Shown piece by piece: positions 40,917-49,243 of a stretch of DNA of 55,045 nucleotides (positions within the stretch are counted from its first letter, which is position 1; each line of letters opens with the position of its first letter). The position numbers were made by a program, and so were the translations under genes. The notes beneath the pieces are model-generated. The model was not told the origin of the DNA and did not search any database. It worked only from the letters and a program-made list of their open reading frames with translations. Source of the stretch: Candidatus Margulisiibacteriota bacterium (lineage in GTDB: Bacteria > Margulisbacteria > Marinamargulisbacteria > UBA817); assembly GCA_016779165.1 (NCBI GenBank), contig JADHOE010000004.1:1-55045 (forward strand), written 5' to 3'.

Positions 40917-41025
40917 TGCTTTGTTATTCCCTATTTTTGTAGGGTTGAAACACACTTTTTTATAATTTAAACTGAAATTCTTTTACAGAGTTATTCGATA
41001 TTCATTAAACATTGGGAGGGACGTA

Positions 41026-41793
41026 ATGAAAATACGATTAAATATCATACTGTTCGGGTGGTTATTGGTATTACCAGCCTTAGCATTTGGGGAATTTAAA
41101 AATGGGCTTCATTTAACAACCATGATGGGCTGCTCTGTATCTGGGCCATCTCCACTGACGATCAAGTTTCAAGACCAGCCACAACAAACGCTGTCTGCCA
41201 GGTATAAGAATCGATGCTTTGAAGATTCACATTGGTGGGCCTTTCGGTTAGAAAACTGGAACAATCGCACCGGCATTGGATTTGAGTTAATCCATCATAA
41301 AATTTATTTGGCCAATACCACTGATTTGGTTGAATCGTTTAGTGTGTCTGATGGGTATAATTTGTTATTTTTAAACTTTGCAAAACAAATTGAACAGACC
41401 AATTACCGAGTTGGGGTTGGGGTTGTATTGGGGCACATGGACGTCACCATCAAGGGCCGTGATCGTTTTATTCGAAAAGGGTTTAAAGGGCACTACCTTA
41501 CTGGCCCAGCATTTCAACTGAATGTTGAGCGTATTCTTTGGGAGTCAGACCGTCATTTTGTATCGCTTGATTCAAAATTTACTGCGGCTTATGCTGAAAT
41601 TCCAATTTCATCCAACCCAAATGAACTGGCCATTGCACCAGACTATGCTGTGCATTTTAGTCTGGCCTTGGGTTCTAAACCCATACAACATAAAGATCCA
41701 ACATTTAAGGATCGCATGCTTTACATGGCCCCCATGGTTTACCCAATTACGGTAGGAACTGTTATTGGGACTGGACTTTTACCAAACGAATAA
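41026..41793 (+). CDS. Exported hypothetical protein, probable beta-barrel
   Basis: SD GGGAGG, signal peptide ending AFG, ELIHHKIYL, S-SDGYNL, GVGVV. Confidence 0.6.
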   Translation: MKIRLNIILFGWLLVLPALAFGEFKNGLHLTTMMGCSVSGPSPLTIKFQDQPQQTLSARYKNRCFEDSHWWAFRLENWNNRTGIGFELIHHKIYLANTTDLVESFSVSDGYNLLFLNFAKQIEQTNYRVGVGVVLGHMDVTIKGRDRFIRKGFKGHYLTGPAFQLNVERILWESDRHFVSLDSKFTAAYAEIPISSNPNELAIAPDYAVHFSLALGSKPIQHKDPTFKDRMLYMAPMVYPITVGTVIGTGLLPNE

Positions 41794-41807
41794 AAAACAA
41801 TTTAATG

Positions 41808-41835
41808 GACTGGCCCACCTCTTTGTGGGCCAGTC
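41808..41835. terminator. Strong hairpin, probable terminator
   Basis: Perfect 11-bp stem GACTGGCCCAC / GTGGGCCAGTC with a 6-nt loop, 14 nt after the stop at 41793. U-tract is weak. Confidence 0.6.
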
Positions 41836-41896
41836 GTTCATTCAACACCTGGTGTCACGCTCTACCAAATATGCTTTTTTTTGATACACTAAATCT

Positions 41897-42763
41897 ATGT
41901 TAAATAAGTTTAACGTAAAAAAACGATTAAGAGACGCGGTGATTGACATGTTTAGCCATGGCAATGATCCAATGAAACATACATTTTCATTTAAAGGCGA
42001 CCCGGGCCTTTTTGGTCCCTCATCCGTGACATGGCGAATTATTAGCGATGTTTCTGGGTTTATGGGGGGAATACGTGCATTATATTTGCAGGCTGCACAT
42101 CCGGAAGTTGTCGCAGGGGTTTACCAGCATTCAAATTACAGAGAAGATCCATTTGGTCGATTATCCCGAACAGGGGACTATGTCGCCGTCACGGCCTTTG
42201 GGGCAACCCCAGAGGTTACCAAAATGATAGACCACGTCAAACGAATGCACCATAAAGTAACTGGCATATCCGCACGAAATAAACCCTATGCTGGAAACGA
42301 TCCAGCGTTGGCGTCCTGGGTGCATAATTCGTTGGTGGATTCCTTTTTAGTGGCCTACCAGCTATTTGGGGATCAGCCATTATCCAAGCAAGATGCCGAT
42401 GCATTTGTTAACGAGCAAACAACTATTGGTCGATTAATGGGTGCAAATGAGTTGCCACCCACGGCTAACGACTTAACCCATTGGATTAACAACCACCCGA
42501 ATATGGCATCAACAATTGAGACAGCGTCTGTTTTAAAATTTCTAAATCACCCACCCCTTCCACCAACCGTTCGCTTAGGGTATTCACTTCTAAAAGATGC
42601 TGCCATTGGCTCATTTCACTCAAAGGTTCAAGCCATTATTAATCATCACCCTACCCGACTTTGGAAAGCAAAAGGTCATTTTTTCATCACCTTAATGCGA
42701 AAATCATTGGGGTTTTCTCCAGCAAGAGATATCGCATTACAGCGGATAGCAATGACGCCATAA
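41897..42763 (+). CDS. Oxygenase MpaB family (DUF2236) protein
   Basis: GDPGLFGPSSVTWR, GGIRALYLQAAHP-V-AGV-HS, DPFGRLSRT, H-V-G, WVH. Confidence 0.9.
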   Translation: MLNKFNVKKRLRDAVIDMFSHGNDPMKHTFSFKGDPGLFGPSSVTWRIISDVSGFMGGIRALYLQAAHPEVVAGVYQHSNYREDPFGRLSRTGDYVAVTAFGATPEVTKMIDHVKRMHHKVTGISARNKPYAGNDPALASWVHNSLVDSFLVAYQLFGDQPLSKQDADAFVNEQTTIGRLMGANELPPTANDLTHWINNHPNMASTIETASVLKFLNHPPLPPTVRLGYSLLKDAAIGSFHSKVQAIINHHPTRLWKAKGHFFITLMRKSLGFSPARDIALQRIAMTP

Positions 42764-42770
42764 TCCATCG

Positions 42771-44156
42771 ATGATTCTAATATGCGTTGCACTTGAAAAA
42801 GAAATTCCCAAGGAATTCAAAGAACAGTACCCCAATCATTGGTTCAGGTTATCGGGATTAAAATCGGGGCAGATCAATCAGATTAAGCACCAAGCAGTTA
42901 TTGTAGTTGTTACTGGTGTCGGCCAAAATGCACAGGATTCATTACGTTGGCTTCTTCAACATATTACGCCCAAAGAAATCATCAATATTGGGACTGCAGG
43001 ATCAACCACATTATCAAAACACCATTGGGTGATGTTGACCCAAGTCACTCATGAAATGACAACATTTCATTGCCATTACCAAACATCACTACCCATTCCC
43101 TACCATCAGTTTCCCCAAGCAGAAGGACGAACTGTGTCATCAATTTCTTATGCTGCACAAGGGGGTGCAATTGATATGGAAGCGTTTTTTTTGGCGGCTG
43201 TGTCACACGATCAAGGCATTACGTTTACGTCATTTAAATACATTACAGATGCCAATAATACAAATACTGAGTCAGATTTTAATGCATCTTTAACCTGCTT
43301 TCATTCCGAATTTTTAACATTGCTATCCTATTGCTTTGAACCCAGTACTGGCATATCCGTAATTATTCCAACCTTTAATCGACACCAATCGCTAACACGT
43401 GCATTAAATTCGGTTTTAAACCAATCACACCCTGCACAAGAAGTGCTTGTTGTTGATGATGGGTCTAACCCTGCCGTAACCAGTCCATCCAATCATGTCA
43501 ATGTGATTGCATTAACTAAAAACCATGGGGTATCTTACGCTCGAAACGTTGGCATAGCAGCATCCAAAGCGCCATGGCTTTGTTTTTTAGATTCGGATGA
43601 TGAATGGTCAACAAATCATTTAGAAACATTAAACAACCACATAATAGAGCACCCGTTATGCCGTTGGGCACAAACAGATGAGCAATGGATTCGAAATGGT
43701 CGTCCATTTAACAAAAAAAAGTACCATCAAAAGCCAAACGGTTGGGCATTTGAGCCATCCCTTCATCGATGCCTCGTTTCCCCATCCGCGGTAATGGTCC
43801 ATCGCCATTTATTCGATTGGTTTGGGACGTTTAATGAAGACTTACCCGCGTGCGAAGATTACGATTTATGGCTTCGACTGCTTCGATTTTTACCTGTAGG
43901 ATTTGCAAATGAAGTAACAATGACAAAATATGGTGGTCACTCTGATCAGTTATCGTCCATGCCGCTACTGGATAAATACCGTGTAAGAGTCTTGATTGCC
44001 CTTCACAGGGATGAACATGTTCCTCAACGTCGTAAACAAATTGAAACCATGCTTCAGTTTAAATTAAAGATATTATTGGATGGCGCAACCAAACGATATC
44101 AAACAACTGAAGTCGCAGAATACACGAAAATTATGCACGAAATTCAGCATCAATGA
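42771..44156 (+). CDS. Fusion of an N-terminal MTA/SAH nucleosidase-like (PNP_UDP_1) domain and a C-terminal GT2 glycosyltransferase
   Basis: N-part: ALEKE, TGVG, INIGTAG, IDMEA, KYITD. C-part: SVIIPTFNR, VVDDGS, GVSYARN-G, FLDSDD, CEDYDLWLR. One continuous ORF. Confidence 0.85.
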   Translation: MILICVALEKEIPKEFKEQYPNHWFRLSGLKSGQINQIKHQAVIVVVTGVGQNAQDSLRWLLQHITPKEIINIGTAGSTTLSKHHWVMLTQVTHEMTTFHCHYQTSLPIPYHQFPQAEGRTVSSISYAAQGGAIDMEAFFLAAVSHDQGITFTSFKYITDANNTNTESDFNASLTCFHSEFLTLLSYCFEPSTGISVIIPTFNRHQSLTRALNSVLNQSHPAQEVLVVDDGSNPAVTSPSNHVNVIALTKNHGVSYARNVGIAASKAPWLCFLDSDDEWSTNHLETLNNHIIEHPLCRWAQTDEQWIRNGRPFNKKKYHQKPNGWAFEPSLHRCLVSPSAVMVHRHLFDWFGTFNEDLPACEDYDLWLRLLRFLPVGFANEVTMTKYGGHSDQLSSMPLLDKYRVRVLIALHRDEHVPQRRKQIETMLQFKLKILLDGATKRYQTTEVAEYTKIMHEIQHQ

Positions 44157-44534
44157 TTACCCCAATGTAAGAACAATTGGCAATAAATACGCAAAAAATA
44201 AACCAATGGCATAAATAATAACACTAATCGTCCAAATCGTTTGGCTCCAATCTTTTGTTGAGTTGCACGTGGCGGCACTGTCCGGTTGGCATATTCCTTG
44301 TTGGGTGGAGAGAGCTAGTAATTTTGAGATCAACAAAAGTGCCCCTGCAAAAATAAACAGCCAAACTTTATGTTTTGATAACCAAATAAGCTGAGGGAAC
44401 ACTGATGTTAGGCTAGCAACGGCAGCACCCGCGCCAATCGCCACAAGCAATGCTGGAAGTGCGCAACAAAACAACGTAGAAGTGGACGCAAATAGGCTCA
44501 AAAAAGGGGTGATTTTTTTAAAAAAAGATGGCAT
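44157..44534 (-). CDS. Small MerT/MerC-like metal-transport membrane protein
   Basis: Vicinal Cys in TM1 (TLFCCALPALL), a second Cys pair in a loop (ICQPDSAATC), three to four TM helices. Confidence 0.7.
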   Translation of the reverse strand: MPSFFKKITPFLSLFASTSTLFCCALPALLVAIGAGAAVASLTSVFPQLIWLSKHKVWLFIFAGALLLISKLLALSTQQGICQPDSAATCNSTKDWSQTIWTISVIIYAIGLFFAYLLPIVLTLG

Positions 44535-44965
44535 TACTTTGTTGTTGCCTTGCTTTTATTGTTGCGCGTAATGCGGCCGACGGTATAGCCAGAATCTGTT
44601 ATTATGGTTTTAATATCGTTGTCTTGAATATGTTGATCTACCTTCAGATTCAGCCGAACACTTGATGCATCTAAGTTGACATGGACATCATCAATTGCTG
44701 GGTGTCGCTCAAATGATTTTTGAATCCCATGGGCGCAAAATGAGCAGACCATGCCTGTGACTTCAATATCAACATCATACGTTTTTGTCGAATTGACAAC
44801 AGGTCCAGCTTCCTTAACATTTGAATGAAGCTTTGCCTTCTTTTTTGTATGAGAGTGTTGCTCCATGGCATGAGTCTGGGTTGGTGGCGTTGGGTTTGTT
44901 TCCATTGCCGTAGCATTTCCGCTTAACAGCCCAATAATGATAGCTATTGCAAATAAATAATTCAT
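44534..44965 (-). CDS. Exported heavy-metal-associated (HMA) domain protein
   Basis: SD AAGGAG, signal peptide, His-containing linker, GMVCSFC motif, terminal SGY. Confidence 0.85.
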   Translation of the reverse strand: MNYLFAIAIIIGLLSGNATAMETNPTPPTQTHAMEQHSHTKKKAKLHSNVKEAGPVVNSTKTYDVDIEVTGMVCSFCAHGIQKSFERHPAIDDVHVNLDASSVRLNLKVDQHIQDNDIKTIITDSGYTVGRITRNNKSKATTK

Positions 44966-44979
44966 TGATTAACTCCTTT

Positions 44980-45621
44980 TTAAAAATGTATCATGCTGGT
45001 TATTAAAAAATCGTTCCTTAAGTTGGTACCAAATTCAACTAAGATATTGCCCTTAAAAAGGCGAATAACTGGCATCACACTTGCAGTTGATGTACGATAA
45101 TCGTTGTAGCTCGTCAACTGAAGCATGAGCCAAGTATGAATATCATCATAATCACCAATATATGGGGCTATTCCAAGCCTAATTTCGCCCATTTTTACGT
45201 TATGGATTGTGGTATTCGAAAAAGGACCACTAAATAGCTCATGGTAATTGGCCATAAATAAATACCGACGGGTTTCCCAATCAAATTGACCACCAAGGTG
45301 CATAATCATTGGTTGAGTTTTTAATAAATGATCAACCCCAATTCCAAAAAAACCATAAATATTTGATTGAACGCCTACTCCGTTGAATCGTTTTATTAGA
45401 TGGTTAGATTGAACCATTAGCCAGTGATCATACCGAGTCGTAATTTCATGAACACCAACTGATTGGTGATTGGATATGCTTACGTGTGCCTTGCTATGTT
45501 GGACATTTGATCCTAACCTAACGCTAAACACCCGTCCACCTTTCCAAATTACTGGGTGTGCCATGGCTTGGACATTAATCATAACACCCAAAAGAAATGT
45601 ATAAAAGCAGGTGTACTTCAC
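44980..45621 (-). CDS. Probable outer-membrane beta-barrel in a metal cassette
   Basis: Signal ending AMA, mature HPV; QSNIY, DWETRR, RLGIAPY, HTWLMLQ, terminal Phe. GTG 45621 has TATAGT 6 nt upstream. Confidence 0.6.
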   Translation of the reverse strand: MKYTCFYTFLLGVMINVQAMAHPVIWKGGRVFSVRLGSNVQHSKAHVSISNHQSVGVHEITTRYDHWLMVQSNHLIKRFNGVGVQSNIYGFFGIGVDHLLKTQPMIMHLGGQFDWETRRYLFMANYHELFSGPFSNTTIHNVKMGEIRLGIAPYIGDYDDIHTWLMLQLTSYNDYRTSTASVMPVIRLFKGNILVEFGTNLRNDFLITSMIHF

Positions 45622-45667
45622 CAAAACACTATATATTAACCATGCTAATTTTGGCCAGGGCCACTGT

Positions 45668-45696
45668 TTGATGCATCCGTAGGGTTGTGCAATACT
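45668..45696 (+). promoter_or_regulatory. Promoter of the ParB-like / radical SAM pair, predicted leaderless
   Basis: TTGATG (45668-45673), 17 nt, TGn-extended AATACT (45691-45696), 6 nt, ATG 45703. Confidence 0.45.
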
Positions 45697-45702
45697 TGAA
45701 TG

Positions 45703-46614
45703 ATGATGTTAAGTTCAGCAGTAGACGCGTTTAATAATGCCTACGGGTCTTGGCAAATGGATAGTGTTTCTGACACCTTATTAAACAGTATTCAATCCCA
45801 CGGCATTTTAGTGCCAATTTCATGTATTAAAACAGACGATTCCCTTACCATTATCGACGGATTCAAGCGGTTTCGTGCAGCTAAGCACCTTAAAATAACG
45901 CATATCCCCTATGCTGTTGTAACCACAGACCTGCCACCAGAAACCTTAATTTTTAACTTGCATCAATCTCAAGTATGTTCATCAGCAATGCACAAAATTC
46001 GTTTCCTTAGCGCGTTAAAATGTACCATCGATTCCGAACACATGAGCATGGTTGGCTTGCCCTATTACTCACACATTAAAAAAGATATTGCTAAGATTAC
46101 TGCTTTACCCGAATCAGCACAGTTATTTTTGCATCAAAAAGGATTTTCTTTAAAAGAAATGGTGAACCTTATCCACCATTCACCAGATGTGTTTCTTACT
46201 GTATTGGCATCTGATCCCTTTTTTAATTTTAGTAAACGCACATTGGATCATGTGGTATTGAGCATTATCAATTTAATGAAACGCCATCAATTAACCATTC
46301 AACAGATTTTTAGCCAAACCCAATACTCTGAGATTATGAACAAAGACATAACCGCATCCCAACGGTTGACTCAATGGGTTGCATGCATCAACCAATGTGA
46401 AAACCCCACCCTTTTGGCTCACCAAAGCAGCATACATGATGCCTTGAACAAGATTGAACTCCCAGCGAAACTTACCTTTGATACCACATTGGAACATGCG
46501 GGAGTTACCATTCAAACCACCATCAACTCCGAAAAAGAATTAAGCGATTTTACCAGTGCTTTATCAAACACAAGATTAAAGAAACAGTTGTTGCACGCAG
46601 TATCATTAACATGA
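45703..46614 (+). CDS. ParB/Sulfiredoxin N-terminal domain protein
   Basis: LLNSIQSHGILVPI...IIDGFKRFRAA; helical C-terminal region. No parA nearby. Confidence 0.75.
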   Translation: MMLSSAVDAFNNAYGSWQMDSVSDTLLNSIQSHGILVPISCIKTDDSLTIIDGFKRFRAAKHLKITHIPYAVVTTDLPPETLIFNLHQSQVCSSAMHKIRFLSALKCTIDSEHMSMVGLPYYSHIKKDIAKITALPESAQLFLHQKGFSLKEMVNLIHHSPDVFLTVLASDPFFNFSKRTLDHVVLSIINLMKRHQLTIQQIFSQTQYSEIMNKDITASQRLTQWVACINQCENPTLLAHQSSIHDALNKIELPAKLTFDTTLEHAGVTIQTTINSEKELSDFTSALSNTRLKKQLLHAVSLT

Positions 46615-47636
46615 CAAACTCATACTACAGAGACGGTAAAAAAAAGGTTGACTTTGTTCCCTATAAAGGGGAAAAAATGGACACATGTGCCACCATTCAC
46701 GATGAATATGTATGTTGCAATGTCAAAGTATTAAAGTCAGTTAGCAATTGCCCATTTGATTGCAGTTATTGTTTTTTGCAAAACTACCTAACCAACCCTC
46801 AATTAGAGGTTGTGGATGACATTACCCGATTAATGCAAGAAATTGAAATCAAAACAACCGCTCAGCCTTGGCGTTTTTTTAGAATCGGCACTTGGGAATT
46901 GGGCGACTCACTGGCCTTAGAAGAACAAACGGGTCAAGCAAAACAACTCATTGAACACTTTAAAGATATTCCAAATGCCGTGTTGGAGTTAAAAACAAAG
47001 TCCAATGTGGTGGACCCAATATTAGATTGTGTTCATCACCAAAAAACCGTTGTATCCTGGTCAATGAATACCCCTTTCATTATTGATACCGAAGAACATA
47101 AGACCGCATCGTTTGATGAACGAATAACTGCAATAAAAAAAGTAGTGGATGCCGGGTACTTGGTTGGGCTTCATTTTGACCCAATGATTCTGTACTCAGA
47201 CTGGAAGCAAGATTATCTTAAATGCCTGGATGCATGTCGAAATGTATTACCGCCAGAACATGTTGCTTGGATATCCATTGGGTCACTGCGGTTTAACCCA
47301 GAACAAAAACGTTTGATTGAAAATAACTTTCGTGGCTCAGACATCACCTGCCAGGAAATGGTCAAAGGGTCTGATAATAAAATGCGGTATGTAAAGCCAA
47401 TGCGTATTCAAATGTACCAGCACATGATGGCCAATATTCGACGCCTTTGGGGGGAAAATGCATTTGTTTACTTATGCATGGAGCGTTGGGATATCTGGGA
47501 TAAAGTCATGGATATCCAACCCAGAAGCATCGGTGAGCTGGATTTCATGTTTGCAGATTATTTTCATACAACATTTCCTACCATAAACCCACAAATTCCA
47601 AACATCGATCTTTATAAAAAATATCAGTCAACATAA
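46611..47636 (+). CDS. Spore photoproduct lyase-like radical SAM protein
   Basis: NCPFDCSYCFLQ (CxxxCxxC), RIGT-E-GDSLA, LELKTKS, SWSMN, HFDPMI, YLCME. ATGA overlap with the ParB-like gene. Confidence 0.85.
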   Translation: MTNSYYRDGKKKVDFVPYKGEKMDTCATIHDEYVCCNVKVLKSVSNCPFDCSYCFLQNYLTNPQLEVVDDITRLMQEIEIKTTAQPWRFFRIGTWELGDSLALEEQTGQAKQLIEHFKDIPNAVLELKTKSNVVDPILDCVHHQKTVVSWSMNTPFIIDTEEHKTASFDERITAIKKVVDAGYLVGLHFDPMILYSDWKQDYLKCLDACRNVLPPEHVAWISIGSLRFNPEQKRLIENNFRGSDITCQEMVKGSDNKMRYVKPMRIQMYQHMMANIRRLWGENAFVYLCMERWDIWDKVMDIQPRSIGELDFMFADYFHTTFPTINPQIPNIDLYKKYQST

Positions 47637-47667
47637 ACCTAACACAGTTGGATGGTTTGTGTTTTTT
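47631..47667 (+). terminator. Possible intrinsic terminator
   Basis: ACATAAACC ... GGTTTGTGT stem with one G-U pair, then a T-run. Lies between convergent genes. Confidence 0.45.
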
Positions 47668-47682
47668 CGGCATGGCAAATTG

Positions 47683-47985
47683 TTACCGGACGTATTTAAA
47701 GATATCGTTTAATAACTTTTCGTAGGTTTCATCGCGCTTATCTTGGTTGGTTGAAATAAGCCCCTTTGACATTGAATCTTGCATGTGGGTCTTAATAAGC
47801 ATTTTCATTACCATTCGAAGAGCTTCATAGCTTGCTGTAATTTGAATCATAATATCCTCTACGGATCGATCATCATCAACCATTCCGGATATCCCACGAA
47901 TTCGACCTTCAATGCGTTTTAATTTATCGATTAGGCTTTTTTTATCTTCTTTTGTTATGGTGTCCGTCATGTATGCTAGTGTCAT
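47683..47985 (-). CDS. CsoR/RcnR family transcriptional regulator-like protein
   Basis: SD AGGAG, LKRIEGRIRGI-MV, DI-QI-A, THM. No cysteine. Confidence 0.85.
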   Translation of the reverse strand: MTLAYMTDTITKEDKKSLIDKLKRIEGRIRGISGMVDDDRSVEDIMIQITASYEALRMVMKMLIKTHMQDSMSKGLISTNQDKRDETYEKLLNDIFKYVR

Positions 47986-48044
47986 TATTTATCTCCTATT
48001 GCCAATGGTATTAGTGTAACAAACCAGTGGGTGTTTTTCATTCA

Positions 48045-49184
48045 TTATTGTGCTTGATTGCACATATCCAAATAAAGGGACTCGAGCCGCTTTCCAGTTT
48101 CAAGGTATGAATATGATCTTCCGACATCTTTTGAATAATTAGAGTAATCCAGGCGACGGCTTGTATTTCGAATCAGTGACAATGCAGCATTGGCATATTC
48201 ATTCAGATCTTCATTGGTTAAAATGCCGGACTTTAAATGATGGACCACATTTTTTATGCCCATTTCATTTAATCCAACCACAGGTGTCCCACACATCATG
48301 GCTTCGACAGCCGTTAACCCCTGGGTTTCAGTTTTTGATGGAAACAACATAATATCTGCAGCGTGATATGCCTTAAAAACATCACATTTGTCCAAATACC
48401 CTGTAAAGGTTACATGGTTAGATAACCCTAAGTCATCCACTTTTTTTTCAGAGCTTTTTCGTTCAGGGCCGTCGCCAATGATTGTTAGATAAACATTGGG
48501 TTCTTCCATACGAATTTTGTGAAAGGCGTCAATTAAAAAAGCAATGTTTTTCTCAAGCCCAACCCGACCAACAAACAGGCAATTTATTGACTTTTGTTTC
48601 ATAAATGATTGCTTAAATAAATCAATTTCTTTATCCGTGGGTTGATAAGGATTGATGCCACTGGGAAGGGTAATTAGTTCATGCCGAATGTTATATGAAT
48701 CCAATAACGCTTTCATTTCATTTGTCGGCACAATAATTTTATCGCAAGCATTGCAAAACCGTTGTGATTCCTTTTTTGCAAATTTATACACCCATTTTTC
48801 AGGTAGAATTGGCACATAGTGCAAGTATTTTTCAAAGTAGGTGTGGTAGGTATGCACCACAGGCACCCCACATTTTTTTGCAATTTTTAGCCCAATATTT
48901 CCCATAGTAAATGGTGTATGAATATGGATAACATCCAGTTTTAAGGCCTCAATTTGTTTTAGTTTCGATTGAAATGGCAGAACAAGTCGGTATTCGTTCT
49001 GAAATGGGTATACAACAGAGGGAAAACGCCACACCGTGCTGGTGGACGTTACTTTGGGTTTAACGTTTGGGCAAAACACAATCACCTCATGTTTTGGGGT
49101 AAGGTAATCAATGGACGCCTGAATGCTGGTAACAACGCCATTAATTTGAGGAAAGTAGGTATCTGTGAATATGCCAATTTTCAT
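48045..49184 (-). CDS. GT4 glycosyltransferase, 1,2-diacylglycerol 3-alpha-glucosyltransferase-like
   Basis: MKIGIFTDTYFPQINGV-TS, HTPF, HTYHT, VGRVGLEKN, SKTETQGLTAVEAM. Confidence 0.85.
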   Translation of the reverse strand: MKIGIFTDTYFPQINGVVTSIQASIDYLTPKHEVIVFCPNVKPKVTSTSTVWRFPSVVYPFQNEYRLVLPFQSKLKQIEALKLDVIHIHTPFTMGNIGLKIAKKCGVPVVHTYHTYFEKYLHYVPILPEKWVYKFAKKESQRFCNACDKIIVPTNEMKALLDSYNIRHELITLPSGINPYQPTDKEIDLFKQSFMKQKSINCLFVGRVGLEKNIAFLIDAFHKIRMEEPNVYLTIIGDGPERKSSEKKVDDLGLSNHVTFTGYLDKCDVFKAYHAADIMLFPSKTETQGLTAVEAMMCGTPVVGLNEMGIKNVVHHLKSGILTNEDLNEYANAALSLIRNTSRRLDYSNYSKDVGRSYSYLETGKRLESLYLDMCNQAQ

Positions 49185-49243
49185 ATTTTTTAATTATATT
49201 TTTTTTACTTAAATCTGTGTAGTTATTATTGTATAGTTGTTGT

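Noticed and set aside
28916-41857. CCTGGTGTCA in two intergenic regions (28916 and 41848)
   Set aside because: Only two 10-bp copies with unrelated flanks, compatible with chance.
44157-45621. Metal cassette as a mer transposon or mobile element
   Set aside because: No merA, merR, transposase, terminal repeats or target duplication seen.
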